Positions 1-9,795 of a stretch of DNA of 64,000 nt are shown one piece after another; position 1 is the stretch's first letter, and each line of letters begins with the position of its first letter. The stretch lies in the NCBI GenBank assembly GCA_964648275.1, contig CAZYOB010000001.1, forward strand, positions 1,443-65,442, in the 5' to 3' direction. Source of the stretch: an uncultured Pseudomonadales bacterium. GTDB lineage: Bacteria > Patescibacteriota > Microgenomatia > UBA1400 > MFAQ01. A model generated the notes under the pieces. The model saw only the letters and a program-made list of their open reading frames with translations. It was not told the origin of the DNA and ran no database searches. Both the position numbers and the translations under genes were made by a program.

Positions 1-812
1 CCTCCCTTGCCTTTCTTTTTCTGCTTCTGCTGTTTAAAGGGTCCAGCCCCGCTTATGCCGATTTCCTTTACGTCGTTACCGGTTCTATAAATGACAATGG
101 AGGTATCCACAATCCAACAGACTTTACCGTCCATGTAAAAAGTGGAGATGCAGATGTGGCCGGTAGTCCCGCTCCAGGAGCAAGAGGTCCCGGCACTTTA
201 TATACACTACCTACCGGAACTTATAAAGTATCTATTGATTCTATTTCCTCGTATGCCACAAATTTTGGAGGTGATTGTGATTCAGGAGGGAACGTGACCT
301 TATCCCCGAGCGCAGGAAAGACTTGCATCATCACCAATAACGATAGAGCTCCGAGACTAAATGTGGTAACTTCAGTCATAAATGATGGCGGTGGCAATGC
401 AGTTGCCTCAGATTTTGTCATCCATGTCAGATCCGAAAATGTTGATGTGGCCGGTAGTCCCGCTCCAGGAGCTGGATCGCCCGGAGTTTTGTATGAAGTC
501 TCTCCAGGATCATATACAGTAAGCTCGGAGACCAAACCCTCATATACCCAGAGTTTCAGCGGCGATTGTGATGCCAGTGGCAACATGACAATTTCTTTGG
601 CTGATCAAAAGACGTGTAACGTGGTCAATACGTTTAACGGGGGTGTCCCGGGTTTTCCCGAAACCGGAAATGTTTTAAATGACTTTAGATTGTGCTTGGA
701 CTCAGGCAGCCTTCCGTGGATAATTACGGGACTGTCTCTTGTTTTTGCCATCTACATACTCGTTAAGAAACAAGGTCAAGTCGGAGAGAAACACGAGGAT
801 AATGATCTTTAG
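1..812 (+). CDS. Partial (5'-truncated) cell-surface protein with two tandem ~97-aa repeat domains and a C-terminal PETG-TM-KK anchor
   Basis: The reading frame is open from nt 3 with no stop. The translated N-terminus (SLAFLFLLLLFKGSSPAYA) looks like a signal peptide. Two repeats each carry 'DVAGSPAPGA...GGDCD..GN.T...KTC'. The C-terminus is 'GFPETG', ~20 aa, a hydrophobic helix, then 'KKQ' and an acidic tail. Confidence 0.5.
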   Translation, partial: SLAFLFLLLLFKGSSPAYADFLYVVTGSINDNGGIHNPTDFTVHVKSGDADVAGSPAPGARGPGTLYTLPTGTYKVSIDSISSYATNFGGDCDSGGNVTLSPSAGKTCIITNNDRAPRLNVVTSVINDGGGNAVASDFVIHVRSENVDVAGSPAPGAGSPGVLYEVSPGSYTVSSETKPSYTQSFSGDCDASGNMTISLADQKTCNVVNTFNGGVPGFPETGNVLNDFRLCLDSGSLPWIITGLSLVFAIYILVKKQGQVGEKHEDNDL

Positions 813-827
813 TTTAGAGAGAAGAGA

Positions 828-1823
828 TTAATCCAGTTCGGGGATGTTGGTGTTTTTATTTAGCTTGATATGTGAAATGATGACCCTGGCTGAGAGAATC
901 AGAGGAAGTGAAATGACAGCGACCAGTGGGCCACCAATACGATAACCAATCATCAATCCAAGGATGGTAATTAGAGGATTCAACCCGATACTTTTTTGCA
1001 TGACCTTGGGAACTATGAAGTTGTTTTCAAGCTGTTGGACGATAATGGAGACGATAATTGCGGCTAAACCATGTGTGGTTGAAATCGAGAATCCAACAAT
1101 GGCGGCGGGTATCGTGGCAATAGTAGGGCCAATGTTCGGAACCAGCTCGAGCAGGCCGGCAATGACACCCAGAGCAATGGTGTAAGGAAGGCCAATTATC
1201 ATGTAACCTATGTAGCTGAGAACACCAACAATTAGCATTAAAGCCAATTCTCCCCTAACCCAGTATCCAATTTGTTGCTCCAATTTTTTTACAATTTCGT
1301 GATACTTGATTGCTTTTTCTTTACCGAACCAAAACTCGAGGTAGTGGTTGAGGTTATGCATCTCTTTGACGATGTAGAAGGAGATGACCATCACGGTGAA
1401 AAATGAAAGTACTCCGGAAAAAGTACCAATGGCGATTCGGTATACCTGGCCGGGGACAAGATTCAGACCATTTATTTGCTCGAGATTAATTGGATATGGA
1501 TAGATCCTTTCAATGAGTGAGGGCAACTTTACTATAAAATTTTCAGTCTGTTCGATAAGCGGGAAAATAATTGAGACGGCCGAGAGAACGAGTATCGTCA
1601 AAATCGAGGTGAGAATTAGGATCGATGAGAGGGAGCGGTTAATTTGTCTCTTTTCCAGGGAATCTACAAGTGGGCATAAAGCCAAGGCTATGATGATGGA
1701 GATGAAGAGAAGGATAAAGATATCAAGGATGTTCCCCAAAAATTTAACTGCCAAAAAAGCAAATAGTGCCCAAAAAATCGTACCAAATCCTATTTCAACA
1801 GTGAGCTTGTTTTTGTTATTCAT
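828..1823 (-). CDS. AI-2E family transporter (PerM/UPF0118 permease)
   Basis: A 331-aa polytopic membrane protein whose hydrophobic pattern and conserved C-terminal region are typical of the AI-2E family. Confidence 0.75.
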   Translation of the reverse strand: MNNKNKLTVEIGFGTIFWALFAFLAVKFLGNILDIFILLFISIIIALALCPLVDSLEKRQINRSLSSILILTSILTILVLSAVSIIFPLIEQTENFIVKLPSLIERIYPYPINLEQINGLNLVPGQVYRIAIGTFSGVLSFFTVMVISFYIVKEMHNLNHYLEFWFGKEKAIKYHEIVKKLEQQIGYWVRGELALMLIVGVLSYIGYMIIGLPYTIALGVIAGLLELVPNIGPTIATIPAAIVGFSISTTHGLAAIIVSIIVQQLENNFIVPKVMQKSIGLNPLITILGLMIGYRIGGPLVAVISLPLILSARVIISHIKLNKNTNIPELD

Positions 1824-2731
1824 TTTTGTTTTTTTAAATCACGAGCTAATTCCTGAGCGAGCACTTCTCTATCCTTACTTTCATCATACCAAATAATCGA
1901 AGCTTGCTTCTTAAACCAGACATTTTGTCTTCGTGCATAACCGACTTCCGACTGAGTCCATAAACTGACCAGTTTTGTCTGTGTAATATCTCCATTTAAG
2001 TAAGAGGTTATTTCCTTAACTCCGAGACTGGTGAAAAGGGGTGACTTGGTTTTTGAGTAGGCTTTTCTTATGGCTTTGACCTCCTGGACAGCACCCTGCT
2101 TGATTCTTTCCCGAACTCTTTTCTCAATTAACTTCTTCTGGGTGGCTTTTGAGAGATTAAGACCAATCCAGTTAAATTGCGCGAGGGGAGGAGTGGGAGT
2201 GCTAGGCTTTTTTGACGAGAGGCATTTTTCTATGTGTCGAATTAGTCGGCGAGGGTTATTCCTATCGGAGTTGTTTAGCTGATCAAAGAGTTGGGCATTA
2301 ATTTTTTTTAGTTCTCGCTGAAGACCATCCAGACTGAAGTGGGAAAGTTTATCCCGCAGTTCCTGATCAGGTGGGATGTAAATATCACTTAGATCAGATG
2401 TAAGTGCCTTAATGTACAAGCCGCTTCCTCCAACAAGAATGAGTGGGGTTCCGTTAGCTAAATTGTCTTTAATGATGGGTTTTACTTTCTTGACAAAGGA
2501 GGCAATGTTTACTTCTTCACCAGTATCAAGCAGATCCGATCCATAAATATTGGTCCCCTTCGGCAATCTCTTCGGAATATCTTTTCCGGTCAAAATACTA
2601 AGCTCTTTGTAGGCTTGTCTGGCATCCACAGAGATGATGGAGCAACGAGGAAGGAGAGAGGCGACTTTTAGAGCCAATGAGGTTTTACCTGAAGCTGTCG
2701 GCCCAACGATGACTAATACTTTTGGTTTCAT
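1820..2731 (-). CDS. miaA: tRNA dimethylallyltransferase
   Basis: N-terminal P-loop 'VIVGPTASGKTSLAL', 303 aa, sits next to a miaB-like gene. Confidence 0.9.
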   Translation of the reverse strand: MKPKVLVIVGPTASGKTSLALKVASLLPRCSIISVDARQAYKELSILTGKDIPKRLPKGTNIYGSDLLDTGEEVNIASFVKKVKPIIKDNLANGTPLILVGGSGLYIKALTSDLSDIYIPPDQELRDKLSHFSLDGLQRELKKINAQLFDQLNNSDRNNPRRLIRHIEKCLSSKKPSTPTPPLAQFNWIGLNLSKATQKKLIEKRVRERIKQGAVQEVKAIRKAYSKTKSPLFTSLGVKEITSYLNGDITQTKLVSLWTQSEVGYARRQNVWFKKQASIIWYDESKDREVLAQELARDLKKQK

Positions 2732-3874
2732 TTAAGGGACAATCGGTCTGACGGAAAGATTGTCTTTATTGATTATTTTATCCAGTATTTCCCAACGCAT
2801 TTTTTTTATCGCCGGTGAGACATCGTCGGGAAATAATTTGGATGATACCGTTCCTGGTCTGGGAGAGTAACGAGCGACAAAGCCAACTTTGAAACCGATT
2901 TGTTTGACCAAATTAACAGTTTCATGAAAGTCTTCATCAGTTTCAGTTGGAAAGCCAACGATAATGTCTGTACCAAAGACAGCTTCAGGTATCTTGGTTT
3001 TAATCTTAGAGACAAGTGCCAAATATGACTCTCGAGTATAACCTCGGTTCATTTTTTCAAGAATCCGATTGCTGCCCGACTGGACTGGAAGATGGATAAA
3101 ACGGTCGATCTTGGGATTTTTGGCAATCTCATCTATGAGTTCGTCGTAAAAGTCCCAAGGATTGGATGTGAAGAAGCTGATCTTTTTAATTTGATCTATT
3201 TTCGAGATTTTCTGAAGCAGAATGACAAATGGTGGAGTAGATTTAGCTTTTTTGTATTGAGACTGGTTTGAAGGAAGGCTTGAAAGGTCAAGGTGTGACT
3301 CCATGTATAACTTCCTCAAAGCAATCCCTTCTTTCTCCAGGCCGTATGAATTAACGTTCTGGCCAAGAAGAGTAATTTCGGTGAAACCAATTTTAGCCAA
3401 GTTCTCCACCTCTAAGACAATGTCTGCTTCGGGACGGGACACTTCTCTCCCCCGAGAATACGGAACAATGCAGTAGGTACAAAAAGAGTTACAACCTGAA
3501 GACACTGGGACCCAAGCGTGAATCTTATCTTTTCTAATTGCCTGTTGATTAAAACCGACCTCGTTTATGGGCAGCACCTCATCTACCTCGGGAAGAAGTT
3601 CTCTTATTTGAGCCTCAGACCTGAAAAGCATGCAACCAGTGAGGATTATCTTGGGTTTACTGGAGGTTGCGAAAAATTTATTGATGTTGTTGATGAATCC
3701 CCTAACCCTATCTTCCGCCGAGCGCCTGACAGAACAGGTGTTGATGACAATTTCATCAGCTTTCTTCCAATCGTCTGTTTCAGAGAAACCACGAGCAAAG
3801 TAGTCACCCAAAATTCTTTCGGAGTCGGATTTGTTGGCCTGACAGCCAAAGGTCTTGATGTGAACTAGGGGCAT
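2732..3874 (-). CDS. miaB: MiaB-family tRNA methylthiotransferase (radical SAM)
   Basis: N-terminal 'IKTFGCQAN' MTTase domain, radical-SAM 'CNSFCTYCIVPYSRG', C-terminal TRAM-like region; adjacent to miaA. Confidence 0.85.
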   Translation of the reverse strand: MPLVHIKTFGCQANKSDSERILGDYFARGFSETDDWKKADEIVINTCSVRRSAEDRVRGFINNINKFFATSSKPKIILTGCMLFRSEAQIRELLPEVDEVLPINEVGFNQQAIRKDKIHAWVPVSSGCNSFCTYCIVPYSRGREVSRPEADIVLEVENLAKIGFTEITLLGQNVNSYGLEKEGIALRKLYMESHLDLSSLPSNQSQYKKAKSTPPFVILLQKISKIDQIKKISFFTSNPWDFYDELIDEIAKNPKIDRFIHLPVQSGSNRILEKMNRGYTRESYLALVSKIKTKIPEAVFGTDIIVGFPTETDEDFHETVNLVKQIGFKVGFVARYSPRPGTVSSKLFPDDVSPAIKKMRWEILDKIINKDNLSVRPIVP

Positions 3875-4150
3875 TTACCAGACTTTTTTCTTGAGAGGTT
3901 TACCAACGTGGAAGTTGATTACCTTATGTCCTTTGACAACCTGTCTCTTGGTTTCGTTTCCAAAGGGAACAACTTGTTTGTCGTCAACCTTACCGATGTA
4001 GAAGGTACCGAATCCGGAAACCACAACTTTATCACCCTTCACGAGAGAAGCGATCATCTCATCAAAAAAGGTGTCTACGGTTTCTTTAACGGCCTTTTTA
4101 GTAAGGTGGACTTTTTTGGAAACAATGTTAATAAGCGAATGTTTGGTCAT
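3875..4150 (-). CDS. hup: HU family DNA-binding protein
   Basis: 91 aa with 'GFGTF' and the arm motifs of HU/IHF. Confidence 0.85.
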   Translation of the reverse strand: MTKHSLINIVSKKVHLTKKAVKETVDTFFDEMIASLVKGDKVVVSGFGTFYIGKVDDKQVVPFGNETKRQVVKGHKVINFHVGKPLKKKVW

Positions 4151-4248
4151 AATTTTTTTTGTTCACCTCCTTGAACATGGACAGGCTCAAATTTAAATTA
4201 ATGTCTGATGTTACCATCAATTTGTTGATTTTATCAAGTGGCAGAGAT

Positions 4249-5838
4249 TTAACTGGCAATCTCGGCCGCTCTGGTTTCGCGCAGGACATTGACCTTAACC
4301 GTTCCCGGGAAGGTCATTGTGTTTCTTATTTCATCGCGAATGGCAGCAGCAAGAATAGGAAGTTGCTCATCACTGGCCTTGCTAGGATTAACAATAACAC
4401 GTATTTCCCTTCCGGCGGAGATGGCGTATGCGTCTTCTACCTCCGGGTGTTTCTTAGCGATGGTCTCAAGCTGAGTTATCCTCTTGGCATACTCTTCAGT
4501 ATTTTCATGTCTGGCACCAGGGCGAGAGCCGGAGATGGCATCGGAAATGTAGACCAAGATTGACTCAACGTGACTGAATTCCTCGTCCTCATGATGTTGG
4601 GCGACACAGTCAATGACATTCTGAGGTAAATTGAATTTTTTCAGGTAATTAACACCGAGCTCAACATGGTTACCTTCACCCTCGATGACTTTTCCGATAT
4701 CGTGCAGCAAGCAACCAAGGCGAACAGTATCAACGTTGGCTCCAACCTCGTTGGCCAGTTTTATACCAATCCTTGTTTCCTCTAGAGTGTGACTAATCAT
4801 ATTTTGTCCATACGAAGTGCGGAATTTGAATCTTCCCAGGATGCCGATAAGATCACGGGGCATGTTGTAGACACCGACTGCGTGGCAGAGTTTCTGTCCT
4901 TCTTGGAACATGATCTGTTCTACATCTCTGCGGGCTCTATCGAAGTATTCTTCAATACGGGCAGGGTGAATACGGCCGTCTTTAATTAATCGAATCAGGG
5001 TCACACGGGCAATCTCTCTCCTGACTGGGTCAAAGCTGGATAGTTTTACTTCATCCGGGGATTCATCCATAGAAACGTCGCAACCGGAAATTTTTTCAAA
5101 GATCCTAATGTTGCGGCCGTCTTTGCCGATGATACGTCCTTTGGTCTCTTCATCAGGGATCGGGACTGTAGAAATGGTATATTCTGCAACGTAGTCTGTA
5201 GCGCCACTTCTCATAGCGTCGACTAATATTTCTCTAGCGATATCGTCGGCCTCAAGCTTGGCCTTTTCCTCGGTTTCTTTGATGACCTTGGCAATATCTC
5301 CAGCAGATCTTTTTTCGACCTGGGAGAGTAGTTCTTTTTTAGCCTGATCCGCAGTCATGGAGGCTATTTTCTCCAGCTTGAGGGCAATGGAGTCTTCTTG
5401 GGAGGTCAGATGTTTTTTCTGTTCTTCTACTTGGTTGAGGCTATTATCCAATGAGGATTTTTGTTTTTTGACCTGATCTTCAAGAGAGATTAATCCCTGC
5501 TGTTTTTGAGCTAGGTTTTTAGCGCGAAGCTCGATTTCTTCAAGCTGAATTCTGGCGTCTTTGACGGCTTGATCTTTGATCTTGAAAGCTTCATCCTTGG
5601 CGGCAAGGATGATTTCTCTGGCTTGGGATTGTGCCTGTGATTGGGCTTGGGCGGTGACTTGGGCGACTATGGCCTTGGTGTCTACCTGTGGGGCAGCAGG
5701 AGCGGGGACAGGTGCCGGTGATGCCTGGTGAGAGGCTTTTAGTTCTACGGGGGTAATAACTTTCTTAGGCGTGGCCTGAGGCCCTGCCTTAAAGAGGTTT
5801 GATTTAAAGATTGATAAGAGTGACATGTGGTCTAGCAA
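4249..5838 (-). CDS. rny: Ribonuclease Y
   Basis: Coiled-coil region, KH domain 'GRIIGKDGRNIR', HD domain 'LLHDIGK'. The N-terminus is not clearly a TM helix, and the start codon is uncertain. Confidence 0.85.
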   Translation of the reverse strand: MLDHMSLLSIFKSNLFKAGPQATPKKVITPVELKASHQASPAPVPAPAAPQVDTKAIVAQVTAQAQSQAQSQAREIILAAKDEAFKIKDQAVKDARIQLEEIELRAKNLAQKQQGLISLEDQVKKQKSSLDNSLNQVEEQKKHLTSQEDSIALKLEKIASMTADQAKKELLSQVEKRSAGDIAKVIKETEEKAKLEADDIAREILVDAMRSGATDYVAEYTISTVPIPDEETKGRIIGKDGRNIRIFEKISGCDVSMDESPDEVKLSSFDPVRREIARVTLIRLIKDGRIHPARIEEYFDRARRDVEQIMFQEGQKLCHAVGVYNMPRDLIGILGRFKFRTSYGQNMISHTLEETRIGIKLANEVGANVDTVRLGCLLHDIGKVIEGEGNHVELGVNYLKKFNLPQNVIDCVAQHHEDEEFSHVESILVYISDAISGSRPGARHENTEEYAKRITQLETIAKKHPEVEDAYAISAGREIRVIVNPSKASDEQLPILAAAIRDEIRNTMTFPGTVKVNVLRETRAAEIAS

Positions 5839-5976
5839 AAATTACTAAGCCCACTTTCAAGAGTCCCTGGAACGCAAAACTTACCCTGCTAGGGGTACCG
5901 CTGTTATATTATTGTTTAATAGAATGACAGTCATGTGTGCGTAAAAGAGGTTGTTCCTGATTATGGTATCTGTATT

Positions 5977-6456
5977 TTAGTCTTCTTGGGTTGCAGAGTC
6001 AAATCTATTTAGGATGGCAGCACCGTTGAAACCTCTCTGAAAGAGCTTGTTTGTCTGGATCCTGGGGTCATATCGGTTGATTTTTTTCAGATAGTGGCTG
6101 ATGGCCTCCTTCTGTTGAGGCAGGTCAGCCTCGGTCAGGATAGCCTCCTGAGCGGTCTCCCGGTCTACACCAAGCCTGATTAGCTTGAGAAGGATAATCC
6201 GGGGCCCCCAGCCTTTTCTGAGCTCTTTCCTGACATAGCCTGCGGCCAAGTAACGGTCGTCAAGAAACTTGTTTGATGCGAGTTCGGAAATTATAGCTTC
6301 TATGACTTCTTCGGCGGCAACGAAACCCATTTTTTGAGCACGTTCTTGAAGTTTCTGCCTTAATTTTCCGGAAAAATATGGCCGCATGCCCAGAATGCGA
6401 GCAGCGTAGCTCACCAAAGACTGTCTAACCTCAGACGGCTGGCTTGTCCGGGGCAT
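5977..6456 (-). CDS. recX: Regulatory protein RecX
   Basis: 159-aa helical-repeat protein immediately downstream of recA. It overlaps recA by 26 nt, so the real start may be an internal Met. Confidence 0.75.
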   Translation of the reverse strand: MPRTSQPSEVRQSLVSYAARILGMRPYFSGKLRQKLQERAQKMGFVAAEEVIEAIISELASNKFLDDRYLAAGYVRKELRKGWGPRIILLKLIRLGVDRETAQEAILTEADLPQQKEAISHYLKKINRYDPRIQTNKLFQRGFNGAAILNRFDSATQED

Positions 6457-7486
6457 GAACTTTTTCCATTACCTGAGCACGAATTTTGTCCATGAGCTCG
6501 GGTCTTTCAGCTAAATATGCTTTGGCCGACTCACGACCTTGAGCAATGGTCTGACCTTCATACTTAAGGAAAGCGCCGGCTTTGTCTATAACTCCATAGG
6601 TTATGGCAGTGTCTAAGAGGTCACCCAGACGGCTGATTCCACCGACATTGAGGATATCAACCTCGGTTGATTTAAATGGTGGGGCGACTTTGTTTTTGAC
6701 AATTTTTGCTCGATGTCGTGATCCAATAATCTCTTCCCCCTCCTGAATATTACCAATCTTGCGCATGTCGATGCGGACAGAGGCGTAGAACTTAAGAGCT
6801 TTGCCACCGGTGGTAACTTCAGGATTGCCGAACATAACACCGATTTTTTCGCGAAGCTGGTTAGTGAAGATTACAATACATTTTGATTTGGAAATAGCAC
6901 CGGTAATTTTTCGAAGGGCCTGACTCATCAACCGAGCCTGGAGACCCATGGACGAATCTCCCATTTCGCCTTCTATCTCGGATTTTGGGACAAGAGCGGC
7001 GACAGAGTCAATAACAACAACATCGACACCACCGGAACGGATTAAAGTTTCGGCGATTTCTAAAGCCTGTTCACCGTTGTCCGGCTGGGAAAGCAATAAA
7101 TTATCCAGATCCACTCCGATTGATTGAGCTCTAGCAGGATCCATGGCGTGTTCTGCATCAATAAATGCTGCTACACCGCCATTTTTTTGAGCTTCAGCAA
7201 TCACATGAAGAGCCACTGTTGTTTTTCCAGAGGCTTCGGGACCATAGATCTCAACAATACGCCCTTTGGGGAAACCGCCCACTCCTAGGGCGAGATCAAG
7301 ACTGAGAGCTCCACTACTGATGACTGGGATTTTTTCTGATACTTTATCCACTCCCATGCGCATGATTGCACCTTCTCCGAACTGTTTTTGAATTTGCTGC
7401 ATGGCAATTTTTACGGCTGTTAGTCGGGCGCTGTTGTCAGTAATCTGGGTAACCTTAACCTCTTCTTTTTTAGCTTTTTTAGCCAT
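6431..7486 (-). CDS. recA: Recombinase RecA
   Basis: Walker A 'GPEASGKTT' and L1/L2 loops. I set the start at MAKKAKK (ATG at 7484-7486) because the longer track ORF runs into the tRNA-Pro on the opposite strand. Confidence 0.95.
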   Translation of the reverse strand: MAKKAKKEEVKVTQITDNSARLTAVKIAMQQIQKQFGEGAIMRMGVDKVSEKIPVISSGALSLDLALGVGGFPKGRIVEIYGPEASGKTTVALHVIAEAQKNGGVAAFIDAEHAMDPARAQSIGVDLDNLLLSQPDNGEQALEIAETLIRSGGVDVVVIDSVAALVPKSEIEGEMGDSSMGLQARLMSQALRKITGAISKSKCIVIFTNQLREKIGVMFGNPEVTTGGKALKFYASVRIDMRKIGNIQEGEEIIGSRHRAKIVKNKVAPPFKSTEVDILNVGGISRLGDLLDTAITYGVIDKAGAFLKYEGQTIAQGRESAKAYLAERPELMDKIRAQVMEKVHAPDKPAV

Positions 7487-7596
7487 TCTTTTACTTTTAA
7501 TTTTTAAGCTCTCAAAGCCATTATGGAGGTTTCGGGTTATTTTTGTCAATACCCAGTGTCCTACGCATTCGTGCCTGTGGTAAAATAGGCTTACTT

Positions 7597-7671
7597 CGGG
7601 GTATAGTATAGCGGCTAGTATCTGCGCCTGGGGGGCGCAGGGTCCCAGTTCAATTCTGGGTACCCCGACCA
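7597..7671 (+). tRNA. tRNA-Pro (anticodon GGG), CCA encoded
   Basis: Hand-folded cloverleaf. Acceptor CGGGGTA/TACCCCG, anticodon stem TGCGC/GCGCA, loop CTGGGGG (G37), T-arm CCCAG-TTCAATT-CTGGG, discriminator A then CCA. Confidence 0.8.
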
Positions 7672-7680
7672 AAACAAAAG

Positions 7681-7704
7681 AACTTCCTTTGGGAAGTTTT
7701 TTTA
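7681..7704. terminator. Rho-independent terminator after tRNA-Pro (possibly bidirectional)
   Basis: AACTTCC-TTTG-GGAAGTT followed by TTTTTTT. Confidence 0.5.
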
Positions 7705-7756
7705 CGCTGGGTTACATTTTCCGGCCTTCAGGATTGTGATCACTCAAACAAGTCGA

Positions 7757-8122
7757 CTAGCGCTGCCCAGTATTTTCCTTCACACGGAATTGAACCATTC
7801 GGCGGATCAGGCTTAGAGGAAGTGCTCTGTCCTTGGGAAATTGAATTGCTCCCTTGGACGTTATGTATTGAGTGAGTTCGTTTTTGAAAGCTTCTATTGC
7901 CGATGGGGTGGGATAGAAACCAATGTGACCTTTGAAAGCTGCAAAATGAACTAAATTGCCGTTAAGTACGAAGGTGGGCATTTGGTACTTAATAGTTTCT
8001 TTAGCCTGCGGAGCTTCCTCCGCAATGACCTCTCTGATAGCATGCAGGGATTCCCTGACATCCGCCTGACTAGATTCGATATATTCGTCAATCGTTTTGA
8101 TAGGCGAATTGGATAGGTCCAT
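7757..8122 (-). CDS. DUF1801 (YdhG-like) domain protein
   Basis: 121 aa with the characteristic 'VHFAAFKGHIGFYP' region. Confidence 0.5.
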   Translation of the reverse strand: MDLSNSPIKTIDEYIESSQADVRESLHAIREVIAEEAPQAKETIKYQMPTFVLNGNLVHFAAFKGHIGFYPTPSAIEAFKNELTQYITSKGAIQFPKDRALPLSLIRRMVQFRVKENTGQR

Positions 8123-8125
8123 GGA

Positions 8126-9277
8126 TTATTTGGTTTTTTCCGGGAGGAAGCTGGTGAACAGTGCCCCGAGACCGGTGAAGAATGCAATAAGAGCGATAAG
8201 CCATCCCAGGACAGGAATCGATGCAATTAGTCCCAGAGTAAAAGTGCCCGCTAGAGCTGATAGGAATGGGGTGGGTGTTTTTTTATTGACCAGTTTAAGA
8301 AAGTTCCACCCAATTACTATGGAGGTATAGACCGAGGCAACGATCAAAGCTACAAAATAGACAAAAAGAGTCACGAACGCCAAAGGTATGCCGAGGAGTG
8401 TCATTATTAGGAGAATGAAGACGAGAGGAAAAGTAACAAACACAGCTAAGCCAATGAAACCGCTAAGAACCGGTTTTTCCTGAATTCGATTGATCACTTT
8501 TTCGGTACGGGATTTGTCAAAATATATTAGTACCGAAGCAATAATAAAGAAAGCCAGGGCACCAAAAATAACTTTAGATAAAAGTGACATTGGTGATAAA
8601 GATTCAGATTTCTCCGGAGCAGACTTATCTTCATAGATCAAGTCATGCCTTCTGACCTGACCGACAACCGATTGTGAACTGATGGAGGCAGCCCGATCTT
8701 TTTCGGTGTAGTAGTCTAGATCACCCCTGATCCTGGCGGTGTCAGAAATGTTGAGATTGGCAGCGTTCACCGTGGCATTTCTAAACAAGGACCCTGAAAC
8801 AGTAACTGTTTCACCAGCTCCGGCTAGATCACGTCCTGCAGTTCCAGAGAGGTCAACGGACTGCACTCCGAAGAATATATCGCCTTTGACGGCTGCTAAT
8901 TTTTTAAGGGTTAACGTTTGAGCGAGAGCATTTAGGTTACGGTTTACCGTTCCAGATACTTCTACCGTTTGACCAGCTACCCGTACGTTACCGTCCACGA
9001 GACCGTTGATTTTTATGTCCTGGACGACACACAGGACATCTCCTTTAATGGAGCCATTAATGGTTATCGACTGGCCGGCACAAAAAAGATCTCCAGTAAT
9101 ATCTGAATCGATAATGATTTGCTCCCCCGAGATAAAAAGTGACTCGTCCAAATTTTCTCCCTTAGGTAGGTTTAAATTAGTTCCCGATTTAAACTGGACT
9201 GCTTGAACCGGAGAGGAGATCAATAATAGAAAAATAAAGGCAAAAAATAAAGAAAATAATCTTACAAATTTATTCAT
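8126..9277 (-). CDS. Secreted beta-helix-repeat (DUF4097/adhesin-like) protein with C-terminal multi-TM anchor
   Basis: Signal peptide from MNKFVRL (ATG at 9275-9277), repeated 'G.V.v.G...GD' beta-solenoid-like units, and about 4 C-terminal TM helices. Confidence 0.45.
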   Translation of the reverse strand: MNKFVRLFSLFFAFIFLLLISSPVQAVQFKSGTNLNLPKGENLDESLFISGEQIIIDSDITGDLFCAGQSITINGSIKGDVLCVVQDIKINGLVDGNVRVAGQTVEVSGTVNRNLNALAQTLTLKKLAAVKGDIFFGVQSVDLSGTAGRDLAGAGETVTVSGSLFRNATVNAANLNISDTARIRGDLDYYTEKDRAASISSQSVVGQVRRHDLIYEDKSAPEKSESLSPMSLLSKVIFGALAFFIIASVLIYFDKSRTEKVINRIQEKPVLSGFIGLAVFVTFPLVFILLIMTLLGIPLAFVTLFVYFVALIVASVYTSIVIGWNFLKLVNKKTPTPFLSALAGTFTLGLIASIPVLGWLIALIAFFTGLGALFTSFLPEKTK

Positions 9278-9284
9278 AATTACA

Positions 9285-9785
9285 CTATACACCCACTGAT
9301 TTTTTAAGATTTTTTGAGACAAGATCCAGATAAAGATGACGAAGACTTTCATCCATGGTGACGTCAGGAATTAATTTGAGTGAATATTCAATTCCATTTG
9401 AACCAAGATTGTATTTTTCTATAAGTAGGTTTAGATTGTGGTCACCTGAGGGAGTGGAGATTTTGGCTACTCCCCTGGAAGTGTCGGATGGATCATCCTT
9501 GTCTATAAGCGGGTTTTTTCCGGCAAAATTTGGATTGGACTCTATCTTCTTATCTTCATCATTAAAACGGAAACCGGTTTCGACCGATTCTCCGTCACTA
9601 TTAATACCAAGCAAAATTCTCATTTGGTCGGTCGATAGTTGCCGTAGAACGATCTCTCCAGTTTTGAATGATTCAAGTTTAGCTTCGAGTGCTGAGGCAA
9701 GTTCGAAAGCACCTTCGTTGGATGGAAAGTGTTCTACCTGGTTGGCTTTTTCTGCAGATGCGATTGGAGGTGACAGTGCTTCCAT
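9285..9785 (-). CDS. Hypothetical protein
   Basis: 166-aa ORF co-oriented with its neighbours. The plus-strand ORF 9355..9792 is treated as its antisense shadow. Confidence 0.4.
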   Translation of the reverse strand: MEALSPPIASAEKANQVEHFPSNEGAFELASALEAKLESFKTGEIVLRQLSTDQMRILLGINSDGESVETGFRFNDEDKKIESNPNFAGKNPLIDKDDPSDTSRGVAKISTPSGDHNLNLLIEKYNLGSNGIEYSLKLIPDVTMDESLRHLYLDLVSKNLKKSVGV

Positions 9786-9795
9786 TAGATAAATC

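Noticed and set aside
7487-7672. 62-codon N-terminal extension of the recA ORF
   Set aside because: It overlaps tRNA-Pro on the opposite strand, and its translation is typical tRNA-antisense junk. The canonical RecA N-terminus begins at MAKKAKK.
9355-9792. 145-aa plus-strand ORF
   Set aside because: It is antisense to the co-oriented 166-aa minus ORF, lies in a uniformly minus-strand region, and has a Ser/Leu-rich composition typical of shadow ORFs.
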